Under the pieces are notes generated by a model that saw nothing but the letters and a program-made list of their open reading frames with translations, was not told where the DNA came from and searched no databases. DNA of 63,372 nt, counting the filler, from Stramenopiles sp. TOSAG23-3 (Eukaryota): assembly GCA_900128585.1 (NCBI GenBank). It is 14 parts of 14 records of this genome, joined end to end, with 100 filler letters (N's around TTAATTAATTAA, not from the genome) between each part and the next. Parts side by side here need not be neighbours in the genome. Positions count along the whole stretch, not along the records: positions 10,967 to 16,349 come from LT643543.1; positions 16,450 to 21,826 come from LT643544.1; positions 21,927 to 27,302 come from LT643545.1; 11 more parts are not named here. One strand, given 5' to 3'. Every line of letters starts with the position of its first letter. Position 1 is the first letter of the stretch. The position numbers were made by a program, and so were the translations under genes. Below are positions 10,967 through 21,927 of this stretch, in pieces.

Positions 10967-11696
10967 TGATCGGCTGGCTCTTCGTCAGCGCGAAGAAGTA
11001 CAATTGTTCGACTTTCCATTTCTCTAAATTCCCAGCATCCGAGAGGTCTTCGAACAGTTTGTCGTTGTCTGCGGCGCTTCCCGATCCGTAAACAGTATCA
11101 AAGACCAGTTTGCCGACGTGCTGGTGATCGGGGTGATACCCCAGATCGTCCCACCCGTTCGGGCTCGGACAGTTTTGGTTGCACGAAGGGCTCGCTTCGA
11201 AAACAGGGCGAGGAAAGTGCGTGAAAACGACGTGGGGCTTAAACGACCGCACGTACGCAGTGAGGGCCCGCCTAATTCGAGTCTCGTGGTACGCTACCGA
11301 CAAACCGTCGTCAAGCCCCATCCTATAGACCTTTTCTACCCCTAAGTACTTGGCCGCACCCAGCGATTCTATTCGGCGCAGCAACGCAAGCTCTTCCTTG
11401 TTCGTTTCCGGGTTGCACTGGAAATGCGCGGTATCATTGTAACAGAGACCGCCGGCGTTGCCGCTGGTCAAAATTAAATACCTTATTTCTACATTCGGCA
11501 GCCCCGCCTTTTGAAACGCGGCAACCGTACCGCCAGCATACCCTTCTACGTCGTCTGGGTGAGCAGTAATGAACAAAATCCGTTTGTTTGCAAACGTAGA
11601 GATAGGAAGTGGCTTTGCCACACCATCAGCATATACAAATATAACCCCCAAGGCGGAGAAGAGAAGAAACAAGGCACAGTCATAGGCACCTGTCAT
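10967..11696 (-). CDS. PIG-L/LmbE-family Zn-dependent deacetylase with signal peptide, 3' truncated
   Basis: AHPDD and HPDH motifs; hydrophobic N-terminus. Confidence 0.85.
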
Positions 11697-11959
11697 GATG
11701 TAAAAAGGAATAGATCAGGGTTGCCTCAAAAAGGAGTCCAACAAAAAGAATAGGTTGATTTTTTTCGTTTGAAAGAAACGAACAATTAATCGTTATTAAT
11801 TTATCATCTAATAATCTATATATTTACGAAGTATAATTTTTTAGAATGTTTTTTATTAATAGAAGAAGAAAAAAACAACAAAATCAATAATAATAATAAT
11901 AATATAATAACAACAACAAAAACAGAGGAGGAGGAGCAAAGGAAGGAGGGAAGGAGGGA

Positions 11960-12175
11960 AGAACAAAAGAAGAAGAAGAGAATGATGAAGAATATGATGA
12001 AGAATGAAAGAAGAAGAAGGAAGTAGAAGAAAAAGAAGAAGAAAGAAGAAGAGAATGAAGAAGAAGAAAGAAGAAAGAAGAAGAAGAAGAAGAAGAAGAA
12101 AGAAGAAGAAGAAGAAGAAAGAAGATACTTTGGTAGAAGAAGAAGAGGAGAAGAAGAAGAAGAGAAGAGAAAAAA
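11960..12175. repeat. (GAA)n-rich purine tract
   Basis: Visible gaa/gaaa reiteration between divergent genes. Confidence 0.9.
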
Positions 12176-12422
12176 AAATTATTCATTTTTTTTTATTATT
12201 TTTTTTTTTTTTATTAATAAATAAATATAGTAGAAGAAGAAGACGACTATTATTATTAAGAGAAAAAATTATTTATTTGAATTATTTGAAAAGGCTTAAT
12301 TCTTACTACTAATGTGATCGATTCAATGGAATTAAAATTTCAAATACGAGACGATTGAATAATTGTATCGTGCGTAGGTAAGAAAGATAAACCATTAGGC
12401 GGGAAAGGTTGGTTGGAGTATT

Positions 12423-12995
12423 ATGGAAGCCATAACGAACATTTTTGGGGGAACCGATGAGCTTGAGGAAAGCAATGGTGTCCCTTTGAAGACGAAAGCA
12501 AACGTTAGCCGGTTTTGCAAAGGCGTGTCTGAATTCGCGATAAATTATGTAAATGAACCTACTGTCGGGCTGTACTTTATACAGAACCACTTGCACGATA
12601 AGTTAGGCCCCAGGAACGAAGAGGTGAAGCTACAGTTGCTCCAGACCCTGCAAGAGTCCCGCGAGGTTATGTTGGAGTTGGACGGGGTGTCACGGTACCT
12701 ACCGACCATCTCTGCCGTCCCAGAGTCAGCCGGGGAGAAAAACGAATTGCCGATAGTGTTAGATGACATGCTCCACATGGCGCGTGAGATGAATGATGTG
12801 GCCGAAGAAATAGCGAACCGGCGACTGGAGAGAAAAACGGTGAACAAGACGATGGAGGCTATGTTGGATGAAAGCCCAGCTACAAAGAGTTTGGGCGCCC
12901 GCCTCAGCGAAGTGATGGGTCCAAAAAGAAGTTCAACAAGCGGGGGACAAGCTGGAGATTTTGACGCGTGGTACAAATCGCAGTTTAAAGCGTGA
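12423..12995 (+). CDS. BORCS8: BORC subunit 8-like protein
   Basis: NYVNEPTVGLYFIQNHL resembles the family NEPSVGLY.VQ.H motif; coiled coil follows. Confidence 0.65.
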   Translation: MEAITNIFGGTDELEESNGVPLKTKANVSRFCKGVSEFAINYVNEPTVGLYFIQNHLHDKLGPRNEEVKLQLLQTLQESREVMLELDGVSRYLPTISAVPESAGEKNELPIVLDDMLHMAREMNDVAEEIANRRLERKTVNKTMEAMLDESPATKSLGARLSEVMGPKRSSTSGGQAGDFDAWYKSQFKA

Positions 12996-13317
12996 ACAAG
13001 AATTTTGCGCAAATATAGCGCGTATGTATTTTACATGGTGTTCGGATAAAGTTAGTCGTTGCGTTTGAAATCTCAAGTGTTATTATTGCTTTATTAAATA
13101 TGTTTTTTTAAAATATAATATTTTTCCGTATTGTATTTTAAATATCATACACAAGAGATACGACTGTATCATGTAATTTACTCGTATGATATGGTATCAA
13201 GTACGAGTTTAGGGTTGGAACAGAAATAAAATGAGGGTCTTAAAGCATACTCTATATACTTTGTTTTTTTTCAACTACGAGTATCTTTCGTGACACTTTT
13301 CATTCTCAATCCCAGTC

Positions 13318-14890
13318 TCAAGCGTCTTCCTCCCCGTCGCCGTCGTCTTTGAATTCTAGCTGCATCTCGTAGAGGGAAACTCGCCTGGATTGTGATAGGG
13401 CCACCCTCTTAACGACATCAAAGGAGTACTCTTCCACCTCAGAGTCGTCGTCGCTGCTCCCGTAACTGCTAACGTCGCTGCCATCGTCCAAACTTCCATA
13501 GCCTCCCGCCCCCTCTCCTACGTCTTGCAGGGCTTTTGTGACGACCAAGTCCAGCATCTTGTCAAAGTTCTTCTCATTTATGTTTTCTGGGCTCATGCAT
13601 TCAATCGAGGAGGAGGTTTTCTGAGCCTTTTCGTCTTTACCCGTCCCCCTTTTTTTGGCAGAGTCTTTGGGTATACCCGAAAGCTTTCTGTTCCCCTGTT
13701 GAGGGAGCCGCTTTGCAGAGCCAGAGACATGGCGTTTGCTTTTTCCGCCTTCATGAAGCTCTATTTCTGCTGCCTCAGCGGCTTTCCCGACGCAGCAGCG
13801 CTTTTGTAAATATTTTAGACCAATTAAGTGCAGGTAGCTCCAGCACGATATTACAACGAGCACCAGGTCGATTGAGGAGAAGCGGAGGATGTAATAAAGA
13901 CTTGCCGACTGGTTTCCGTCGCGGGAACTAATGCTTGCGCCTTCGGACCCACTATTGACTGTGGCAAGGTAGAAGGCAGTCCCGACGGTTTGAAGGCCCG
14001 CCAGGCACATCAGTGCTTTGTTGTTCAGGATAATGTGCGGGGGCAACACATTGAGCTTCATGCTCGCGTGTCTTGATTTATGGGACTTCGTTGCGCTTCT
14101 GCTTCGAAAGGACGCCTGCTTCATTTTTTTGACTGAGCCACCGTCCGGGTTCAACTCCTTCTGTTTGAATACCCTCGTAGCCCGGCGCACTCTGCGGTGT
14201 TGATCGGTAAACTTGTTGTAGAGACTCATGGTGACGTAGAGCGTAACAATGCTGATGATCAGCGTACAGCAGCGGCCATGAGACCAGCACAAGTGCGTAC
14301 CAGGTACCAAAGTTTTCCCCAGACATGAACATCAAGATTTCCCCCACGACGAAGAGGACAAGGAAGACAACCCCGCAGCCCAACGAGTAATATTTAACAA
14401 ATGCCCCAATAACAAGTGCACGCTTGTACGTGGAAGCTCGAATGCTGATCAGACTATTGTTCCATTCCCTCAAGAGCTCTCCGAAGATGGTCAAGCTCAC
14501 GACAAGGCCAAAGTAATGCACGCAGAGCTGGGCGTGCCCGTTCATGAACCCTCGTATACCCCGTGGATCTATCCAATACACGATCCTGCACACAGACAGC
14601 AACAAATTTAGGCGGATCAGCATCAGATTTCTCGACCGGTTGCGCAACGAAAAAAGGAAGACCAAGCAGACAATCGACCAAGCGGAAAGAAAAAATACGA
14701 CCGACAGCATTATCGAAGATTCAAAATCGTCGATCCATTTGGACTCGCACTTGCAGCAGTCGTTTACAATCTCAGACCGATGGTCAAAGAATGCATTCAA
14801 TTCGTAATTGCAAAAACAGGATTGGTCTATCCATATTGCGTTCGACCCTTCGGAGCAAGTGACGTTGGCGGTGAAACTACTACTTGCCAT
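13318..14890 (-). CDS. Seven-transmembrane (GPCR/THH1-TOM1-like) protein with a frame break near 14260
   Basis: Two overlapping ORFs (14890-14078, 14310-13318) together give a Cys-rich N-terminus, about 7 hydrophobic helices (CRIVYWIDPRG in TM2) and an acidic tail. Confidence 0.65.
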
Positions 14891-15349
14891 GGAAGCATAG
14901 GCACACGTAATTAAAATGCACCCTCCGTTTAATTATCTGACACCAATAACTTCGGAACGCATTTGTAATGCAAAGGGTTTTCATAGGGTACACTATTTTA
15001 AAACACCCATCTATATATATATTTATAAGATGTAATATATCTTGAATCCAATTATCAATTACGCGTCATACGATCGTCAATCAGATTTCTTTTCGTGTCT
15101 CCTGAGAAGAGAATGAAAAATTAAAAAAATAAATTAAACTAATAAAACAATAATAATAAATACAAAAAAAAAATAATTAATATAAAAAACGACCACACCG
15201 ACCGACCGACCGTCCTCTCCTCCCTACTCTGTGGGCTTTAATACATTATATTTATTTATAAAATATTGAATGAGTGAGTGAGCCCTTCTTTATAATTAAT
15301 TCTATGAATGAATTAAAAAAAAAAAGAAGCATAATAATAAAAAATATAT

Positions 15350-15695
15350 GAAAAGAAGAAGAAGACAATAATTAAGAAGAAAGAAGAAGAAGAAGAAGAA
15401 AAAGAAGAAGAAGAAAGAAGAAGAAAAGAAGAAGAAAAAGAGGAAAGAAGAAAGAAGAAAGAAGAAGAAGAAGAAGAAGAAGAAGAAAGAAGAAGAAGAA
15501 AGAAGAAGAAAGAAGAAGAAGAAAAAGAAAGAAGAAGAAGAAGAAGAAAAAGAGGAAAGAAGAAAAGAAGAAAAGAAGAAGAAGAAGAAAGAAGAAGAAG
15601 AGAAGAAGAAAAAAAAAAGAAGAAAAGAAGAAGAAGAAGAAAGAAGAAGAAGAGAAGAAGAAAAAAAAAAGAAGAAAAAAAAAAAAGAAGAAGAA
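15350..15695. repeat. Long (GAA)n purine tract
   Basis: About 340 nt that is almost all A/G. Confidence 0.95.
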
Positions 15696-15784
15696 TTATA
15701 TTTTTCGTCGTACCACCTGGTACTCTTCTCTCTTCTTTCTCCCCTAGTAGTAGTGCACAGATTGCTGTGTGCCGTGAAACATTT

Positions 15785-16150
15785 TTAACAAAAGAAAGAA
15801 AGAAAGAAGAAAGAAAGAAAGAAATAGCAAATAATGATATTTTTTACCACCGTGCTGTGCAAGGTTTAACAAAAGAAAGAAAGAAAGAAAAATAGCAAAT
15901 AATGATATTTTTTACCACCGTGCTGTGCAAGGTTTAACAAAAGAAAGAAAGAAAGAAAGAAAGAAAGAAATAGCAAATAATGATATTTTTTACCACGGTG
16001 CTGTGCAAGGTTTTACAAAAGAAAGAAAGAAAGAAAGAAATATCAATTTTTGATTATGATATTTTTTACTACCGTGCTATGCAAGGTGTAACAAAAGAAA
16101 GAAAGAAAGAAAGAAAGAAACATCATCAATTGATTACCGTGCTGTACTGC
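15785..16150. repeat. Composite minisatellite: conserved core plus variable (GAAA)n
   Basis: atagcaaataatgatattttttaccaccgtgctgtgcaaggtttaacaaaa at 15824, 15892, 15970, plus two degenerate copies. Confidence 0.9.
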
Positions 16151-16569
16151 TGCAAAACGCTTTTGTTTTCTTCTTCTTCTTCTTCGACGTGATTCTTTCT
16201 TTTAGAGCTATTTTATTACAGGACACAACACTGCAAGAAAGAATTGTTGAATTCGGGTGAAGTATATTGAAAGAACTCTTTTGGTTGGTTATTGGTGGAA
16301 GGGTTCCCTGGTCAGTTTCCCTTGTTGTTGATTTTTCGTACGAATGATTNNNNNNNNNNNNNNNNNNNNNNNNNNNNNNNNNNNNNNNNNNNNTTAATTA
16401 ATTAANNNNNNNNNNNNNNNNNNNNNNNNNNNNNNNNNNNNNNNNNNNNCGCTTCTCGAATATAACTATATATTATTCCAATATATATATGTAGTTTAAA
16501 AGTGGTTAATATGAAATAATGAAAACAATATACCTTAATTATTGAAGAAAAGAAAGAAATGGGCAACGG

Positions 16570-16880
16570 TAACCCAAACTTGGTTAAACAAATAAAACCC
16601 TAACCCGAACATTACATAAAAACCCTAACCCGAACATTAACTAAATAAAACCCCTAATACGAACATTAAATAAACGAGACTGTGCATCGAGGTTCATAAC
16701 AGCCAATTTTTCGTTTTTATTAGACTTCGAAGCTCCTGAAACTATGATAAAAACAAGAAAATTGGCTGTTATTAAAACAAGAAAATTGGCTGTTATTTAA
16801 GTAATTAAATTTAGCTTCGTCGTACCGGCTGTTATTTAAGTAATTAAATTTAGCTTCATCGTATCCTAATCCTAACTTGA
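16570..16880. repeat. Repeat element with CCCTAA-like motifs, an internal hairpin and tandem subrepeats; related copy at 27250-27302
   Basis: aaaaccctaacccgaacatta x2-3; ataacagccaatttt / aaaattggctgttat inverted pair; ggctgttatttaagtaattaaatttagcttc x2. Confidence 0.75.
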
Positions 16881-16966
16881 TTCTGTAATTTCGTCTCATT
16901 GATGATTGTCAATCATTTTTTTAAAACTATGATATAGATAATATTCTTAAGTTTTAGTAACTGTTT

Positions 16967-19522
16967 TTAAGCATAATTGTATTTGTTTCGTTTCTTCTGG
17001 CGCTCTTCGTTTGTCAAGTCTTCGCCGGAGCGGCCATCCGCACTAGAGCCAGCCATTTCACGCTTTCGTTTGTTTTCAGATATTTTACGGGAAGTGACTT
17101 TCCCTAGGAGTTCTGGGTCCAACACCGCATCCTTCGTCCCGTAGACTGCACCCTGCATGGATATCATTAGTTTCGCAATTTGACGCCCAGAAAAGTTAGA
17201 CGTGGCTCCTCCAATCGAAGACATGCACAGCGCGATTCCCTGTTGCTGTTGTTCCTGCCGAAAGTCGACGTCCTCCATTACGACATCTTCTGCAGTCTCG
17301 TTGTCGTCGTCATCGGCCTCCTCCTCTTCTTCTTCACCGAGGGCGTTCGATTGGTCATAAAACGCTTGCAATCGTTCTTGCAACTCTGACTTTTTCCCTT
17401 TATCGTCTAAACCTGCCGAATTCAGGTGGGATTTGAGTACTTTAACGGTCCAGCGGGGATCCACGCGCTCGACCCCGCCTTCGGCACCCTTGGCAATCTT
17501 GTTGGACGACCGCGCGGACTTTCTCCCTTCGCCAGTTTCTTTACTCACTTCCTTGCTTTCCCCAACCGTTGCCACGTTTTTCCTCATTCCCGCAGTGGAA
17601 GGTAGGTGGCCCAAAGCCCGAGACACCCGGGCCTCATCATCAAACCCTTCAATCTGGATGAGGCGGGAGCGCAGGCCACTCGAAACTGCAACCTTGGCCG
17701 CAAAGTTGCGTGCACGGGAGAAACAGTTGGTGGTAACAGGGGGGGTCCTCTTTAAGAGGTGCTCGTTGAAGTATTGGTGTGACAGTCGAACCCGCTCTTT
17801 TTCTTCTGGGATGTCAAAAAACACCGCCTCGTCGACACGGTCCAAGATTGCCGTGTCGAGGTCAGACGGGCGATTGGTAGCTAAAATAAGCATAAAGTGC
17901 TCGGACTGGTCACCCGTCTGATACAAAAGAGCATTCAATGCGTTTCGCATGTGCTCGGTCAGGTTTGAGCGAGACCGAGAGCCAAGAAAGGCCTCGGCTT
18001 CATCAATGAAGAGGACGAGCCCTCGGTTGCTCGACTTTGCCCATTTGAATATTTCGTGCAAATCTGTCACAGCTTGCGCCCCCAGCGGCCCGACGTCACC
18101 ACCCGTCATGATTGCCCAGTCCATCCCTGAAAACAGTGCCATGCGCTTGGCAACCATGGACTTCCCGGTCCCGGCAGGTCCGTAGAAAAGCACATGGCGG
18201 TACGGGGCACGGTTTTTCCTTGCATACCGGGTGGATCGAGCCAACTCGTCTACCCGCCCTCGCAAGTTTTGGTTGAGAACGACGTCGTCGAAAAGTTTCA
18301 TGTCCTCAGGAACCCCAAATTGACCGGTCGTCACCAGGTGCTTGACAAACTGAAAGCACTGCCGGACTGCCTTCACCGCCATACCAAAGACGCCAATTTG
18401 ACGCGAAGTTTCCCGGATAAGGCTCGGCTTCCCCAAGCGCTTTGCAAATTCGTCGGCCGCAACGCGGCTAAAGTCTCGAACGGCGTACACCCCCGCTGCC
18501 AACGCAATCAAGGAGCCGATGAACCTGCCTAGTTTCGTTGGGTTGAATATAACGTCATTGAACCCGTCCGTTAATTTCTTGAAGGCTAGGTTTATTGCAT
18601 CCATCCACTTTTGCCTCGCTAGTTTGCCTTCTTCCGCGAGGCGCTCCATGTGAATGTCCTTGTTCTGTCGTTCCTGCAGGATTCGGCCTTCCGCTTCCGC
18701 CTTTGCCTTGATTGCAGCCGTGTCCTGGTCCATTTTGGCCTTTTCCAAATCTGCAGCAATGCGTTTGGCTTGTAGGGCCTCCTCCGTTTTTCTCCGCTCC
18801 TCCTCGCGCCGCAGCGCGGACGTTTCTTCCATTGCAATCTTCTTTGCCGTCCGGTCCCGAATTTTCGTATCTTCGTAGTCGATTTTCTCCTGGCCCAATT
18901 TCCGAGTCATGTTTTCGCGCTTTTTCTCCCGAACGTCTTGCTCGACGAGCTTCTCCCGCTCTTCGTCCCGGTGAATGACTTCCCTCTCCTTGAGCCACTT
19001 CGCCTTGGTCGCCTCCAAATCTGCAATCTTTCGTCTCTCGATAGTCTGCTTGTTCGCCTCACGGGAAATAGTCTTGTTTACTTTGACAATCTCGCTCGTC
19101 AGGTTTTGACGAACTTTTTCCCTTTCGGCAATGGCCTGGTTTTGGGCAATTTCTAATTCTTTCTCGAGAAGCACGGTGCGGTTTTGCGACTTGTCTAGTT
19201 TCTTCAGCAAGGACTGTATCTCGTCCTTACGATTCGTAGCCTCGTTTTCCAAGCGAACTCTCAGCTCCGTAGCTAGCTGCGACTCTGTATTTACCTGCTG
19301 GTTCAGTTTGCCAACGTTGATTTCCAATCCAATGGCCCGGTGCAGGGTCGAATCAAGCGTTCGCGTCACGTTCGTCAGTTTGTTGAACGTAAGCATCCCC
19401 GAGGTGTGCAACTGTATGAGTTTACAAACGTGATCTCCGTCATTGCAATGATCCTGTCCACGCACCGCCAACGATATCATCCCAAGCGCTATGAACAGGG
19501 AAAGAAAAGTATTTGAATTCAT
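16967..19522 (-). CDS. ATAD3: ATAD3-family AAA ATPase with an inserted SAP domain
   Basis: Coiled coil, LGKPSLIRETS, GPAGTGKS, MTGGDVGPLG, FIDEAEAFL, ATNRP, FSGRQIAKLM; SAP-like TVKVLKSHLNSAGLDDKGKKSELQERL. Confidence 0.9.
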   Translation of the reverse strand: MNSNTFLSLFIALGMISLAVRGQDHCNDGDHVCKLIQLHTSGMLTFNKLTNVTRTLDSTLHRAIGLEINVGKLNQQVNTESQLATELRVRLENEATNRKDEIQSLLKKLDKSQNRTVLLEKELEIAQNQAIAEREKVRQNLTSEIVKVNKTISREANKQTIERRKIADLEATKAKWLKEREVIHRDEEREKLVEQDVREKKRENMTRKLGQEKIDYEDTKIRDRTAKKIAMEETSALRREEERRKTEEALQAKRIAADLEKAKMDQDTAAIKAKAEAEGRILQERQNKDIHMERLAEEGKLARQKWMDAINLAFKKLTDGFNDVIFNPTKLGRFIGSLIALAAGVYAVRDFSRVAADEFAKRLGKPSLIRETSRQIGVFGMAVKAVRQCFQFVKHLVTTGQFGVPEDMKLFDDVVLNQNLRGRVDELARSTRYARKNRAPYRHVLFYGPAGTGKSMVAKRMALFSGMDWAIMTGGDVGPLGAQAVTDLHEIFKWAKSSNRGLVLFIDEAEAFLGSRSRSNLTEHMRNALNALLYQTGDQSEHFMLILATNRPSDLDTAILDRVDEAVFFDIPEEKERVRLSHQYFNEHLLKRTPPVTTNCFSRARNFAAKVAVSSGLRSRLIQIEGFDDEARVSRALGHLPSTAGMRKNVATVGESKEVSKETGEGRKSARSSNKIAKGAEGGVERVDPRWTVKVLKSHLNSAGLDDKGKKSELQERLQAFYDQSNALGEEEEEEADDDDNETAEDVVMEDVDFRQEQQQQGIALCMSSIGGATSNFSGRQIAKLMISMQGAVYGTKDAVLDPELLGKVTSRKISENKRKREMAGSSADGRSGEDLTNEERQKKRNKYNYA

Positions 19523-19814
19523 CTCTGTTGGTCGTTGAAGCTCACCAACCAAATACTTTAATATAAAAACAACTGTCTACGTATTTACGTGAAAAGCAAT
19601 AAATGCTTACCAATAATAATCACGCAAAAGAAATCTTCCTCACCGTTTCCCTCTCTCTCTCTCTCTCGCCCAATGTTCCCAAAACGAACAAGAATGAATC
19701 GATTGAAACGTAGAAATAATGAAACTACTACAAAATGGCATATTTTCATTTAAATAATTATTATTTATTATTTCACTTTCTTTGGAACGAAGAAGAAGAG
19801 GAAGCTTCTTTATT

Positions 19815-19926
19815 ATTTCTTCCTTCTTTCTTCTTTCTTCTTTCTTCTTTCTTCTTTCTTCTTTCTTCTTTCTTCTTTCTTCTTTCTTCTTCTTCTTCCT
19901 TCTTCTTCTTCTTCTTCTTCTTCTTT
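19815..19926. repeat. (TTC/TTTC)n tract
   Basis: Pyrimidine tract between divergent genes. Confidence 0.9.
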
Positions 19927-20487
19927 AAAAGATCATTCATTGGATTCATCCCTTACTTCTTCGTTATTTATATATAAGTGGAATAAGCCATAGTCTGTCT
20001 TGTCTGTCTTCCTTGTTTTTTCTTTTGTTTTTTTACTTCTCTTTTATTTGATTGGTTCATTCATATTTAAATAGTTACATATTTTATACGTACTGTGTTT
20101 ATGTAAGAAAGAATTGATACTTTATTTTCAACTAATAATAAATAATCCCTTCCTATATCACCCCCCCCCCTTTTTTTGATGGACACGACAACCATTCAAA
20201 TGAATCACTTCTTAATACTATTCCTATATTATTATATGAAACAATCTTTACGATAAAACAAAATGGTATTCCTAAAAAAAACAAAAAAATACAAAAAAAA
20301 AAATATAATAATAAATAAAAAAAAAATACATTATTTCTTATTTATTATACGCGAGACATATTCAATGAAAGAAAGTACAATTCATTAATAGAATAGATAA
20401 AGTTTTAAGAACCATTGATTAATTTAAATTAATTAACCAAATTTCTATTCGACGCGTGAGGTTTTGTTGGTTTATTCAGACAATTTA

Positions 20488-20952
20488 ATGATGCCTAATG
20501 TTTTTGGAATGTCAAGTTTGGTGGTGGCGATTATGGTGATGGTGATGGTAGGTAGGTTGCGGCCTGTAGATGCAGCCTTCTCCGAAAGTGACATTAGTAT
20601 AAATAAACCGAACGGGAAATCGGCCAGGGAGATGGAGATCGAGAAGCGCATGTTTGGAACTGTGCAAATGCAACAGGCCGATTCGTCGTCTTTACGTGGC
20701 CAAGCGAAGATACCCCGATTCGCGTCCGTAGAGGCAGAGAGACACAGCCAAGGAGCACAGGCAAAGGACCCATGGATGGACAAAGCGCAGGCATACCCCG
20801 AACTGAAGAAATCCGACGCAGAAATGCCCAAACCAGACATCGCCGTAGGGGACCAGAAATACGATGATCCAAGAAGCCCCCCCAAATGGCTGGCGCCAGA
20901 AACGCCACCGCCGCCACCTCCGGCGATGCCGCCTATGATGGGGAGAAGGTAA
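20488..20952 (+). CDS. Small secreted protein with Pro-rich C-terminus
   Basis: Hydrophobic leader ending VDA, charged body, PPPPPP tail; start uncertain. Confidence 0.6.
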   Translation: MMPNVFGMSSLVVAIMVMVMVGRLRPVDAAFSESDISINKPNGKSAREMEIEKRMFGTVQMQQADSSSLRGQAKIPRFASVEAERHSQGAQAKDPWMDKAQAYPELKKSDAEMPKPDIAVGDQKYDDPRSPPKWLAPETPPPPPPAMPPMMGRR

Positions 20953-21158
20953 GATAACGGTGTCATGCACCCCAACTATAGAGTACACAAAACAACATTA
21001 AGAGCGCGTATTTGAAAATTGAGTGAATACATTTCTCGTAAAGCAATAAAGTAAAATTCTGAAGGATAAAGGCTACAAGTTTTTTAAAGGCTACAAGTAT
21101 GTAAAACAAATTTACTTTCTTTACCGAGCCGTTGCGATTGTCCTTGCGTACGAAGGAG

Positions 21159-21826
21159 CTACTTCGAACTTTTCGGGAGTGGAACCTTAGACGGTGATCG
21201 AAAAAGCTTTGAATCCAACCTCACTTCTTCAGCCGGCGATGGTTGGTTGCTGCATTTTAATCCCTGAACAAGCTGGTTAAGCTCTTTCACACTGCACTCA
21301 AAGTTAATGATGCAAAGAAATTCTATGAAAACCGAGGTGCCGAAGACTACAAAGGTATCCACACCAACACTCGTCTCTCTCGTCCGTACCAGCTTCACAT
21401 GATCGTGCACGGCATGGTTTTCAAAAATGTGGGACTTTAGTCGCCTGAAAACGAGACTATCCATGTGGTCCCCGGTCATCATGGCCCCCCTCTGTTCAAC
21501 AGCCGATTCCTCCTCATCCCCATGGCCTTCCATCAACATTTCCCCTTTCATCTGCTTCAGCCTTCGAATGGCGTCTTTCGCTTCTTTCAAGATGGAACTC
21601 CTCGGACTTTCCACTTGCTTGTTGCTTTGGCGAGTGGCGTTGGCCCGCCTAACGTACTCATCGGCCAGTTCCTCTGGAGACGCAGGGCTTATCTCAACAT
21701 CGCCTTCTTTTTTTGGAGTTTCTCTCACCACCGTAGCCTCAGGTATCGGAACTGCCCGATCGATTCCAGCCTTGTACTCAAGTTCCTCCAGAAAATGTTG
21801 TTCTTCCCATGCCATTACTCTATCGT
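21159..21826 (-). CDS. Hypothetical protein C-terminus containing an apparently inverted 144-bp segment
   Basis: K/E-rich ORF open to the contig edge; 21288-21431 reads as sense on the opposite strand. Confidence 0.6.
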
Positions 21827-21927
21827 NNNNNNNNNNNNNNNNNNNNNNNNNNNNNNNNNNNNNNNNNNNNTTAATTAATTAANNNNNNNNNNNNNNNNNN
21901 NNNNNNNNNNNNNNNNNNNNNNNNNNC

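Noticed and set aside
11884..12312. Poly-K/R/E and poly-F/S/L ORFs (also near 19735, 28516, 42066)
   Set aside because: Translations of GAA/TTC microsatellites
15785..16150. Possible CRISPR array
   Set aside because: The variable parts are only (GAAA)n length changes
16590..16660. True telomere
   Set aside because: CCCTAA motifs are isolated and interrupted, not a terminal tandem array
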